This document shows positions 1-7,643 of a stretch of 64,000 nt of DNA, piece by piece. The first letter of the stretch is position 1. The number at the start of each line of letters is the position of its first letter. The notes beneath the pieces were generated by a model. The model was not told the DNA's origin. It searched no databases and saw nothing but the letters and a program-made list of their open reading frames with translations. Position numbers and translations under genes: made by a program. Origin of the DNA: an uncultured virus (IMG/VR IMGVR_UViG_3300030101_003309) (lineage: Duplodnaviria; Heunggongvirae; Uroviricota; Caudoviricetes); the IMG/VR virus record IMGVR_UViG_3300030101_003309, positions 1 through 64,000 of that record; one strand, given 5' to 3'.

Positions 1-380
1 TTTAATTTCTAAGTGTTCATTCATACTCATTGATAAAAATTTTTTTTTCATAATTAATTTTTAAAGTTTTTATTGTACCATTGTTTCATAGAATTAAGCT
101 TGTACATATATATGTATCTAGCCCATTCATGATATGATTTTATTAGGTGTTTGCCCACTTTTTTTACTTTCATAATTTATTTATATATATTGTTTTTATA
201 TAAGTTATAAGTATCGTTTAATATATCCATCATGTCTGTTTTATGTTTACTTCTTATTAGATTTTTAATTATTCTAACTCTCCATAAAAATCACAACAAT
301 CCTCTCTTAACCATGTAACATAATTATCTATTTTATCATCAATGTCTATTTCTTTAAGTTCTTTTTCTGTTAAATTCATA

Positions 381-674
381 TTATCTATATTTTATTTGTT
401 CTATTTGTATTGTTCCACTATTTATCATATTAAATACTTTATTCCAATTCCCATTGTCCATCTCCCATTCAATATCATCTCTTTTAAATTTAGTTTGAAA
501 ATTACTATAAGCAAATGGAGATGTAAATATTTTATAGTCTCCTTTAATTTTTTTTACACTCCATCTGTATTTGTTATCACACATTACGGACACTACATCA
601 ATTTTTATTTCTCTTGGATTTCCCTCTACCTTTAATGCTGGAGGATCTAATCTTAATTTATGATATAAACTCAT
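381..674 (-). CDS. hypothetical protein
   Basis: 97-aa ORF with A-rich leader, co-oriented with neighbours. Confidence 0.7.
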   Translation of the reverse strand: MSLYHKLRLDPPALKVEGNPREIKIDVVSVMCDNKYRWSVKKIKGDYKIFTSPFAYSNFQTKFKRDDIEWEMDNGNWNKVFNMINSGTIQIEQIKYR

Positions 675-712
675 TTTATTTTATTTTTAGTTAATTTATT
701 TGTTTTAATAAA

Positions 713-786
713 AGAAAGGAGGAATTGTAAATACACACAAAGTATAACCGCTCAGTTATTATATGTTGTTTACTAACCTCCTTTCT
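713..786 (-). ncRNA. structured intergenic element A
   Basis: closing stem AGAAAGGAGG(713-722)/CCTCCTTTCT(777-786) with inner GTAAA/TTTAC and ATAAC/GTTAT stems; strand inferred from flanking genes. Confidence 0.45.
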
Positions 787-792
787 ATATTA

Positions 793-902
793 AGAGTCAG
801 GAACACTTTACGTCAACTTGCTATGCTTAAAGTTTATTTGCAATTAAAACACTTTAATTATGAATTTTATTAATTCTACAAATAGTTGCCCGACCTGACT
901 CT
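793..902 (-). ncRNA. structured intergenic element B
   Basis: closing stem AGAGTCAGG/CCTGACTCT; nested CAACT/AGTTG, TATTTG/CAAATA, AATTAAA/TTTAATT and GAATT/AATTC stems. Confidence 0.5.
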
Positions 903-908
903 ATGTAT

Positions 909-971
909 TAGAGAGAAGTGATAACAGCAAGCTTTATTTATCATTCCGAGATCTCTCGCTCCTTCTCTCTA
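909..971 (-). ncRNA. structured intergenic element C
   Basis: closing stem TAGAGAGAAG/CTTCTCTCTA; inner TGATAA/TTATCA and CGAG/CTCG hairpins (three-way junction). Confidence 0.45.
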
Positions 972-1355
972 TCGGGTAGCTAACCCTTTAGTTTTTAAGT
1001 TTTTAAAAACATTACCTAAAGTATTTGTTTTGAACTTTGCTTTATGTTTTGTCAAAGCATTTATTACTCTGTAATATTTTTTAATATATTCTCTACGCTT
1101 AGATTTGTAGTGATCTGCACTAGACCATCTAACACGTTTCATTAGTTCATTGTAAGTAGGTAATGTACGTGTAACACCACTAAGATATGTGATGGTAAGC
1201 TTTGCTTTATCTACATGTTTAATAATCCAGTCTGCATTTGCTCTTCTGAACATTTTGTGAGCAATATCATACTTAGATATTTCATTGTTAAACAATTTCT
1301 TTTTCAATTGTTTGTAATAGTTTGGTGACTTGAAGTCAGTGATTTCTTTTTGCAT
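969..1355 (-). CDS. hypothetical basic protein
   Basis: 128-aa ORF. Confidence 0.75.
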   Translation of the reverse strand: MQKEITDFKSPNYYKQLKKKLFNNEISKYDIAHKMFRRANADWIIKHVDKAKLTITYLSGVTRTLPTYNELMKRVRWSSADHYKSKRREYIKKYYRVINALTKHKAKFKTNTLGNVFKNLKTKGLATR

Positions 1356-1389
1356 AATAAAAGTATTTTGATTAGTAATTATAAAGTTG

Positions 1390-1415
1390 AAAAAAAAGAG
1401 CCACTAGGACTCTTT
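1390..1415 (-). terminator. intrinsic terminator
   Basis: minus-strand hairpin AAAGAG/CTCTTT overlapping the stop of 1404..1649, followed by a T tract. Confidence 0.55.
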
Positions 1416-1649
1416 GGTTTCTGGCTCTTCAACTGACGGAGTTAGTGCCGTAAAGATTGAAAAGAAGACACCTGCAATAGCTGCAGTAGCCATACCGCTG
1501 AACGTGCCAATAAATAGCAATGGCATAAGAACGGTAAATATAATGTCCCAGAATGTTTGTGTTTTAACCAGTCTACGCCTACCAAGGGCTTTGTACAAGA
1601 TAATGTAGTAGCCAATGGCAGCGAAGAATGATATACCTAGAATACCCAT
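1404..1649 (-). CDS. small membrane protein
   Basis: 2-3 hydrophobic segments, acidic tail. Confidence 0.75.
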   Translation of the reverse strand: MGILGISFFAAIGYYIILYKALGRRRLVKTQTFWDIIFTVLMPLLFIGTFSGMATAAIAGVFFSIFTALTPSVEEPETKES

Positions 1650-1957
1650 TAGAATGGTAAATCTTTTATTAAGGTATTTGTATTACCTGCGTATTCTTCT
1701 GCAGGTTTTTTAACAGCTTGTGGTTTAAAATCATTAAGTATAGGTGTATGTGTTAGTTTGTTTTCACCTATTGTTTTGTTAGGTATAAGCTTTAGATTAA
1801 CCCATTTAGAACCTTTTTTGTCTTCTACAAAATTAGATTTCATAAATTGAACAAAGTCATTTGCTTTAATAGACAAGTTAATAATTTTAGTACCTGAGTT
1901 GAACGTGTGTTCTTTAACAAACATACCGTTTGCTAGTGTGTTTACTGATTTTTGCAT
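1649..1957 (-). CDS. putative ssDNA-binding-like protein
   Basis: beta-rich 102 aa ending in KDLPF, like an SSB C-terminal tail. Confidence 0.5.
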   Translation of the reverse strand: MQKSVNTLANGMFVKEHTFNSGTKIINLSIKANDFVQFMKSNFVEDKKGSKWVNLKLIPNKTIGENKLTHTPILNDFKPQAVKKPAEEYAGNTNTLIKDLPF

Positions 1958-1998
1958 GATTTAATTATTTAATGTTAATATTTATTGTTAAGTTGAAA

Positions 1999-2125
1999 AA
2001 CGAGGTCGGGCAGGTGTGGTTCTACTAGCACTTAGCTTTTCAGCACCTCTAGTTTTTGCTTTATCCTGCCGTTTGTATCGTGGTATTTTAAATTGTACCT
2101 AATACGTTACCACCCTAACCTCGTT
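1999..2125 (-). ncRNA. structured intergenic element D
   Basis: minus strand: AACGAGGT/ACCTCGTT, GTGGTA/TACCAC, GGCAGG/CCTGCC, ACTAG/CTAGT and a GCT-GAAA-AGC GNRA loop; GC-rich relative to flanks. Confidence 0.65.
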
Positions 2126-2131
2126 GAAAAA

Positions 2132-2223
2132 AGAAACAGCACCGTCATGACTGACCTACTATCATAGTAGATTTACGGGGAATTCACGGGCAAGATTATC
2201 ATATGCTAATCTCTACTGTTTCT
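2132..2223 (-). ncRNA. structured intergenic element E
   Basis: AGAAACAG/CTGTTTCT closing stem; AGATTA/TAATCT, CCGT/ACGG and CTACT/AGTAG inner stems. Confidence 0.55.
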
Positions 2224-2236
2224 ATAAATATAATGC

Positions 2237-2500
2237 CTAATATGGCACTCCAAATTGTTCATGATCTGTTTGAAAGCAGGTATTCCAATCAATATGTGGT
2301 AACATATCGTACATATCTATTTCTGCTTGTACTTTAGCACGTTGTTCTAATACGTGTAAAGGTGTAATGTCGTATGATGTGTAAGACTTTACATCATCAA
2401 CATTGTGTACAGTTGTACACTTTGTACATTCTACCAGTTTTTGTGATAGAATAATTGCATGTTCATTGCCACATGAACAGTTGATTCCTATTGTTTCCAT
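2237..2500 (-). CDS. putative zinc-ribbon protein
   Basis: CSC...CTKC in N-terminal half. Confidence 0.65.
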   Translation of the reverse strand: METIGINCSCGNEHAIILSQKLVECTKCTTVHNVDDVKSYTSYDITPLHVLEQRAKVQAEIDMYDMLPHIDWNTCFQTDHEQFGVPY

Positions 2501-2856
2501 AGTAATTGTTTTAGTTAATATATTATTATCTATTATTAAGTTGTAAAAATTAGTCAGCTAAATATATATAGTGAATAATTATTTTATAAAAAACTGTGTA
2601 CTATACTTGACAATGTAAAATAAAATGTATAACTTCGCACACATAATAGTTAGTTATTAGTTTAATCAGCTAAATATAATTACAAGTATATTATATATTG
2701 TTTATAACTAATATAAAAACAATAACTGATTGATTATCAATAACTTAAGTAGTTTATTAGCATTAATATAGTAAATATTAGTGTAATATTAGGGTTTTTA
2801 GACTACATCTTATTGTCACATAAATACGCAATATTTAGTATTTATTATACATAAAT

Positions 2857-2886
2857 AAAAAAAAAGAAGACTATTTGTCTCCTTTC
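2857..2886 (-). terminator. intrinsic terminator
   Basis: minus-strand AAGGAGAC/GTCTTCTT stem plus T tract at the stop of 2871..3035. Confidence 0.55.
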
Positions 2887-3035
2887 TTAGATTTAGGCAT
2901 AGCATTTTGTATAGATTCTGCAGTTTCTGGGCTATACTTTTTAATCATAACCCATACAAATACAATTAATACAACGTATAAGAATAGTTTTGCAAATGCT
3001 AGTAGTACAGTTAGTATAATGAATAGTGTGTCCAT
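2871..3035 (-). CDS. 54-aa single-pass membrane protein (absent from the supplied ORF track)
   Basis: manual translation MDTLFIILTVLLAFAKLFLYVVLIVFVWVMIKKYSPETAESIQNAMPKSKKGDK; terminator at stop. Confidence 0.7.
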   Translation of the reverse strand: MDTLFIILTVLLAFAKLFLYVVLIVFVWVMIKKYSPETAESIQNAMPKSKKGDK

Positions 3036-3190
3036 AATAAATAGTTTAAGTGAATAAATATACTGTCAATAAAAAAGTCTGTAAAAAAAACAGAAAAGTA
3101 AAAAGAAGGGTAGGGTAGTAAAAAAATAGAGATGGCAAGGGGGTAGTAAGCATATAGTATCCCTTTCTCAAAAACATAAAATATTTTTTT

Positions 3191-3198
3191 TATCTTTG
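3191..3198 (+). promoter_or_regulatory. Bacteroidota -7 promoter box
   Basis: TATCTTTG (TAnnTTTG) upstream of 3227. Confidence 0.6.
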
Positions 3199-3226
3199 TA
3201 GTTATTAATAATACAACTACCACATC

Positions 3227-4672
3227 ATGACTGAAGAACAAAATCTTGCAGATCTATTTGCTAACCTCAATCAAATATCAGCAAACACAATACTAAGAGA
3301 AAGAACTGGAGGTGGTAAAGGCGGTAGCGCTATGCCATTAGAAGGTAATCAAGATCCAAACCCTCTTATAAAGTTCAATCCATTCTTAGGCAAGAACGTT
3401 ACTTCTTTTCAAGAAGGTGGTTCTATGAGACCTCCCACATTGCCTAGTAATTTTAATATGGATCTCAAAAGACTACCAACTGCTAGGTTACCATTTACAT
3501 TTCAAAAACCTTATATTGACCCTAAAATACGAGAAACATTTGGTAGTGTAATAAGAAAAAGAAGAAAAGGCACCCCTGTGACACAAGAAGAACAGGATAC
3601 TTTAAAAAGTGTATTTCCAAATGGTTTTACCACAGCAAAAAAAATTATGGCTAAAGGCGGTAAAAACGTCACGCCTACACAAGACGAAATAAATAAAGTA
3701 GCTGCTATGGGTAGAAATGGTGATACTAGACTAGCTCATGTTACACCACAAGAAGAAAGAATGTTAAAGGCTATGGGTGGATCTGGTACTATAAATCCAT
3801 ACACTGGTATGCCTGAATATTTCTTAGGAGGGTTTTTTAGTTCTCTTTTTGGTGCTATTGATAATGTTTTAGGTGGAGCACAAGATGTTGTTGGTGGTGC
3901 AATAACAGGAGTTGGTGATGTGGTAAATGAAGGTATTTCAACTGGAACAAATCTTGCAGGTGATCTTATTGATGCAACAGGACAAACTGTAAGTAATGTA
4001 GGTGGACAGGTAACAAATGTACTAAATCCTTTTTTTGATCCAATATTTGACACTGTGCAAGATGCAGGAGCACCAATATTTGACGCTGCAGGAAACTTAG
4101 TACAAGAAGCAGGAGGTGCTGTATCAAATGTTGCTAACATGGCATCTCAGGGTTTTGCTGATGTCACAAAAGGTGCTGGTTTTCAGACCATGGGTCTTTT
4201 ACAAGATGTAGATGAAGGAGTACGTAACTTCTTAGCTAATTTATTTGGAGGTAGTGGCATGCAAGAAATAGATCTTGGTGCTGGAGCAGGTAGAGCAGAC
4301 ATAAAAAGAGGAGCAAAACAAAAAGGAGGAGAGGTAGTATCAGGCGTACAATCAAGAAACAGAGATAAAGCCTTAGCCAATATAAGCAAAACAGAAAAAG
4401 CTAGTTTAGGTACAGGAGACTTTGTATCGCCAAAAGAAAACCCATATATTACACCTAATGTTGAGGTTGAGTTGGACTACGCTGCACAAGGTATGAAAAT
4501 GCCAGATTATAATATGGGAGGTTTATTTACAAAACAAGCAAATCAAGCTATAGCCATGGACCAATTATCTGCGTTAACTAATCGCATGTCAAGAAAATCT
4601 GCAAAAATGGAAAAAGGAGGAAAGACAAAAAAAGTTATGAAACGTAATTTTACCAAAGGAGGTCGTTTCTAA
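3227..4672 (+). CDS. putative internal virion/ejection protein
   Basis: GRNGDTRLAHVTPQE...GGSGTINPYTGMPEY motif recalled from phage virion proteins, Gly-rich amphipathic region, repeated xxGG motifs. Confidence 0.55.
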   Translation: MTEEQNLADLFANLNQISANTILRERTGGGKGGSAMPLEGNQDPNPLIKFNPFLGKNVTSFQEGGSMRPPTLPSNFNMDLKRLPTARLPFTFQKPYIDPKIRETFGSVIRKRRKGTPVTQEEQDTLKSVFPNGFTTAKKIMAKGGKNVTPTQDEINKVAAMGRNGDTRLAHVTPQEERMLKAMGGSGTINPYTGMPEYFLGGFFSSLFGAIDNVLGGAQDVVGGAITGVGDVVNEGISTGTNLAGDLIDATGQTVSNVGGQVTNVLNPFFDPIFDTVQDAGAPIFDAAGNLVQEAGGAVSNVANMASQGFADVTKGAGFQTMGLLQDVDEGVRNFLANLFGGSGMQEIDLGAGAGRADIKRGAKQKGGEVVSGVQSRNRDKALANISKTEKASLGTGDFVSPKENPYITPNVEVELDYAAQGMKMPDYNMGGLFTKQANQAIAMDQLSALTNRMSRKSAKMEKGGKTKKVMKRNFTKGGRF

Positions 4673-5352
4673 TGGACGAAATAGGATTAGAAGAATTAAT
4701 AGAAATTATTATCACAGATAAAGGTGGTACCCCACAACAGTACTACGATTTGATGGATTATATAGCATTTCACGAAACAGGTGCAGAACAAAGAATGAAA
4801 GCTGATGCTGTTCAAATAACTGATGATGGAAGTAAAGATGGACAAGGTAAGGGATTGTTTATGTTTGAGACAGGTTACAAAAAAGGAGCTAATTCAGCTA
4901 TCAATCGTACAGTTGATTATTTTCAAAGTAAAAATATAGAATTACCTGCCTGGTTGAGAAAGGCAAGTTTAGCTAGTAAAGAAACTAAAAGCTTTGATGT
5001 AAGAAAACTTAACGCAGATCAACAAAAAATGTTATTTTTGGGTAATCACAGAATGCACCCAGACGCAAATTTTAGCAAGGTATGGTCAGGAGAGGAGTCA
5101 ATAGCAGACTTTTGGTTAAAATACCACTGGGCAGGATCTAAAGACCCGCAAGCCAAATACGATTTGTTTAATAGCAATATAACTTTGAAAGATTCTTTAG
5201 ACACCGTCAAAGCAAAAGAAGAAGAATTATTATACAAAAAAAATATGGCCCCTTTTCTATCAGATTCTAATAATGTAGATAAATTTAGTAATTTTACCAA
5301 AATATTAAATAAAATATTTGGAAAAACTTCATCATTAATAAACAAGAAATGA
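4672..5352 (+). CDS. putative lysozyme-fold protein
   Basis: IAFHETG (candidate catalytic Glu) followed by GKGLFMF. Confidence 0.45.
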   Translation: MDEIGLEELIEIIITDKGGTPQQYYDLMDYIAFHETGAEQRMKADAVQITDDGSKDGQGKGLFMFETGYKKGANSAINRTVDYFQSKNIELPAWLRKASLASKETKSFDVRKLNADQQKMLFLGNHRMHPDANFSKVWSGEESIADFWLKYHWAGSKDPQAKYDLFNSNITLKDSLDTVKAKEEELLYKKNMAPFLSDSNNVDKFSNFTKILNKIFGKTSSLINKK

Positions 5353-5618
5353 AAGAATTGGACGAAAATATGGGTAAAATATATGTAGAGAATGATTTCT
5401 ATTATTTAGAAAAAGTATATACTTGTATGGAGGAGATGATGATTGAAGAACCAGAGGTAAAGAAAAGGGCAAAAAAACATAATTTTAAAATTGTATCTTG
5501 TAAATGGTATATAGAAAAAAACCCATTTCATCATATAGAAAAAATTTTAAACGAAACAAAAAAAGAAATAGATAAGAATAGATATAGGTTCAAATTAAAA
5601 CTTACGTATAAAAAATAA
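5349..5618 (+). CDS. hypothetical protein
   Basis: 89-aa ORF coupled to neighbours by overlapping start/stop. Confidence 0.7.
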   Translation: MKELDENMGKIYVENDFYYLEKVYTCMEEMMIEEPEVKKRAKKHNFKIVSCKWYIEKNPFHHIEKILNETKKEIDKNRYRFKLKLTYKK

Positions 5619-6151
5619 TGTATTTATTAAAATTAAATAAAAAAGGCGATATATTTAAAGACGATGATGGCGTTACTGCCGTACCTGAGTTTTATTCACT
5701 TATCCGTAAGGAAAAGTTCGGGCCTACGGCCCTCAAATGGGTTGCGCTAGTCTACGACTACGAAAGCCCATACAGACATTACAGTGAAAATGAAAGAAAA
5801 AAAGCAGTGTCAAAAGATTTATACGATACTTATACTTGGAAAGGATGTAATGATGCAACTTTAAAAGCAGCAGCAGATAAATACAATGAGTTACAGTTTG
5901 ATCCACTTGATGAACAATTAATAGCCTTTAATAATAAAATTAATCAGTTTACAAACCTTATAGATAAAATGCACCTTGATGAAGAGAATGCAGAAATGCT
6001 GCAAAAACTTATGATCGGTGTAGAAAAAATGTTAAAAACAAGACAAACACTACTGGACGCAATAGATAGGAGAGGAGAAAGAAAGAAGATAGTTGGAAAT
6101 AAAGGACTATCATTTTTAGAAAGAAGAAAAGAAATAAAAGAATTAAATTAA
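5618..6151 (+). CDS. hypothetical protein, terminase small subunit candidate
   Basis: helical 177 aa with coiled-coil C-terminus upstream of TerL; function is positional inference only. Confidence 0.4.
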   Translation: MYLLKLNKKGDIFKDDDGVTAVPEFYSLIRKEKFGPTALKWVALVYDYESPYRHYSENERKKAVSKDLYDTYTWKGCNDATLKAAADKYNELQFDPLDEQLIAFNNKINQFTNLIDKMHLDEENAEMLQKLMIGVEKMLKTRQTLLDAIDRRGERKKIVGNKGLSFLERRKEIKELN

Positions 6152-6161
6152 ATAAATAGTT

Positions 6162-6347
6162 ATGCCAAAAGATGCGTGTTATCACAAAGTAGTAAGTAGG
6201 TATGGTCCAAAAACTTCAGCATATAGGAGTGGAGCCATGGCCAAATGTAGAAAAGTTGGAGCAGCCAACTGGGGAAATAAAAGTAAAAAGAAAGGTGCTT
6301 CTGGAATGAAGTACAATTGTGGAGGTAGATATAAACAACACGATTAA
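6162..6347 (+). CDS. small basic protein
   Basis: DACYHKV..SAY.SGA..KCRKVGAANWGNK motif recalled from marine phage proteins; ends YKQHD. Confidence 0.75.
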   Translation: MPKDACYHKVVSRYGPKTSAYRSGAMAKCRKVGAANWGNKSKKKGASGMKYNCGGRYKQHD

Positions 6348-6348
6348 T

Positions 6349-6606
6349 ATGGCTGTTAGAAAAACAAAAAAAGGTTTAGCTCTTAAAAGATGGTTCAAAG
6401 AAGATTGGAGAACACCATCTGGCGAAAAGGACTATAGTAAGGGTGAAAACACTTTTAGACCTACAAAAAAAATATCAAAAGATACGCCAAAAACTTGGTC
6501 ACAATTATCAGCTGGTGAAAAACGTGCAGCTGCAAGAGAAAAAAACAGAAAAGGACGTGTAAGCAGGTATAAGAAAGGAGGTAAATTTTATAAACAACAC
6601 GATTAA
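6349..6606 (+). CDS. small basic protein (DUF5872-like)
   Basis: LKRWFKEDW...RPTKKISKDTPKT; start moved to ATG 6349; ends YKQHD. Confidence 0.7.
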   Translation: MAVRKTKKGLALKRWFKEDWRTPSGEKDYSKGENTFRPTKKISKDTPKTWSQLSAGEKRAAAREKNRKGRVSRYKKGGKFYKQHD

Positions 6607-6622
6607 TTAAAAATTAAAAAAA

Positions 6623-7087
6623 ATGATGAAAAAAAAGAAAATGTACAAAAAAGGTGGTAAGGCAAAACCATTCAAGCCGCACATGATGTACGATCCTAAA
6701 TCAGGAAAAGGATTTAAAGCCAACACAATGGCAGATCACAAACGAATGGATAAGATGGGTTACACGCATTCTAAACCAAAAGCCGCTTATGGAATGAAAA
6801 TGAAAAAAATGGCTATGGGTGGAAAAAACTTAAAAGCGGTAGATAGTAAGAAAAATCCAGGATTAGCAAAACTTCCTACAGACGTGAGAAATAACATGGG
6901 TTATATGATGATGGGCGGTAAAGTTAAGATTAAAAAAGCTCCAGGAGGAATGAAAATGGGCATGAAAAATAAAATGATGAACTATGCTGGTGGTGGTAAA
7001 ATGCTAAACGGTATGTCCATGCAAAAAGCTAATAAAGGCATGAAAATGAAGTATGGTATGGGCGGATCTTACAGACAGCTTGACTAA
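6623..7087 (+). CDS. Lys/Met/Gly-rich basic protein
   Basis: low complexity, about 8 xxG[GM]K-type repeats; ends YRQLD. Confidence 0.75.
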   Translation: MMKKKKMYKKGGKAKPFKPHMMYDPKSGKGFKANTMADHKRMDKMGYTHSKPKAAYGMKMKKMAMGGKNLKAVDSKKNPGLAKLPTDVRNNMGYMMMGGKVKIKKAPGGMKMGMKNKMMNYAGGGKMLNGMSMQKANKGMKMKYGMGGSYRQLD

Positions 7088-7425
7088 TGGCAACACCTGC
7101 TTGGCAAAGAAAAGAAGGTAAAAGTAAATCTGGCGGCTTAAATAAAAAAGGGGTTGAGTCATATAGAAAGGCAAACCCAGGAAGTAAATTACAAACCGCA
7201 GTAACAACTAAACCTTCTAAATTAAAAAAAGGTTCTAAGGCTTCAAAGCGTAGAAAGTCTTTTTGCGCAAGAATGAAAGGAATGAAAAAGCGATTAACCT
7301 CAGCTAAAACAGCTAGAGATCCTAATTCAAGAATTAATAAGTCTTTGCGTAAATGGAATTGTGCTCATGGCTGTAAAATGCCAACTAGACCAGTTTCAAG
7401 AACTTTTTATAGACAGTTAGATTAA
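7087..7425 (+). CDS. small basic protein (DUF6321-like)
   Basis: AWQRKEGK..GGLN...RRKSFCARM...SRINKSLRKWNC; ends YRQLD. Confidence 0.7.
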   Translation: MATPAWQRKEGKSKSGGLNKKGVESYRKANPGSKLQTAVTTKPSKLKKGSKASKRRKSFCARMKGMKKRLTSAKTARDPNSRINKSLRKWNCAHGCKMPTRPVSRTFYRQLD

Positions 7426-7643
7426 TGGCTAAACAACCTAAGTATACATTGCAATACTTATACGACCGCTACAAAAAAAAATATAAAGAGGTTGATATGA
7501 AAAAAGCAGATGAATACAACGAGTTGGCTATAAAATTGCATGGAGTAGATCTTAGAGATAGATTTCATGCAAGCTTGGAGGCAAAAGAACAAAGAGCTGG
7601 ACCTTATGGTCTTGGTAAAATGAAAAGAGTAAAATATGGGTAA
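7425..7643 (+). CDS. hypothetical protein
   Basis: 72-aa ORF overlapping the TerL start. Confidence 0.65.
   Translation: MAKQPKYTLQYLYDRYKKKYKEVDMKKADEYNELAIKLHGVDLRDRFHASLEAKEQRAGPYGLGKMKRVKYG

Noticed and set aside
2020..2060. SRP RNA or c-di-GMP riboswitch identity for element D
   Set aside because: AGGT-GCT-GAAA-AGC only loosely recalls these; the conserved flanking nucleotides are missing
713..2223. CRISPR array or tRNA cluster
   Set aside because: No repeated unit sequence with spacers; no cloverleaf with T-loop GTTC and acceptor stem found
2875..3241. ORFs 2875..3057 (+) and 3011..3241 (-)
   Set aside because: The first is antisense to the better 2871..3035 ORF; the second has a non-ATG start and spans low-complexity promoter DNA
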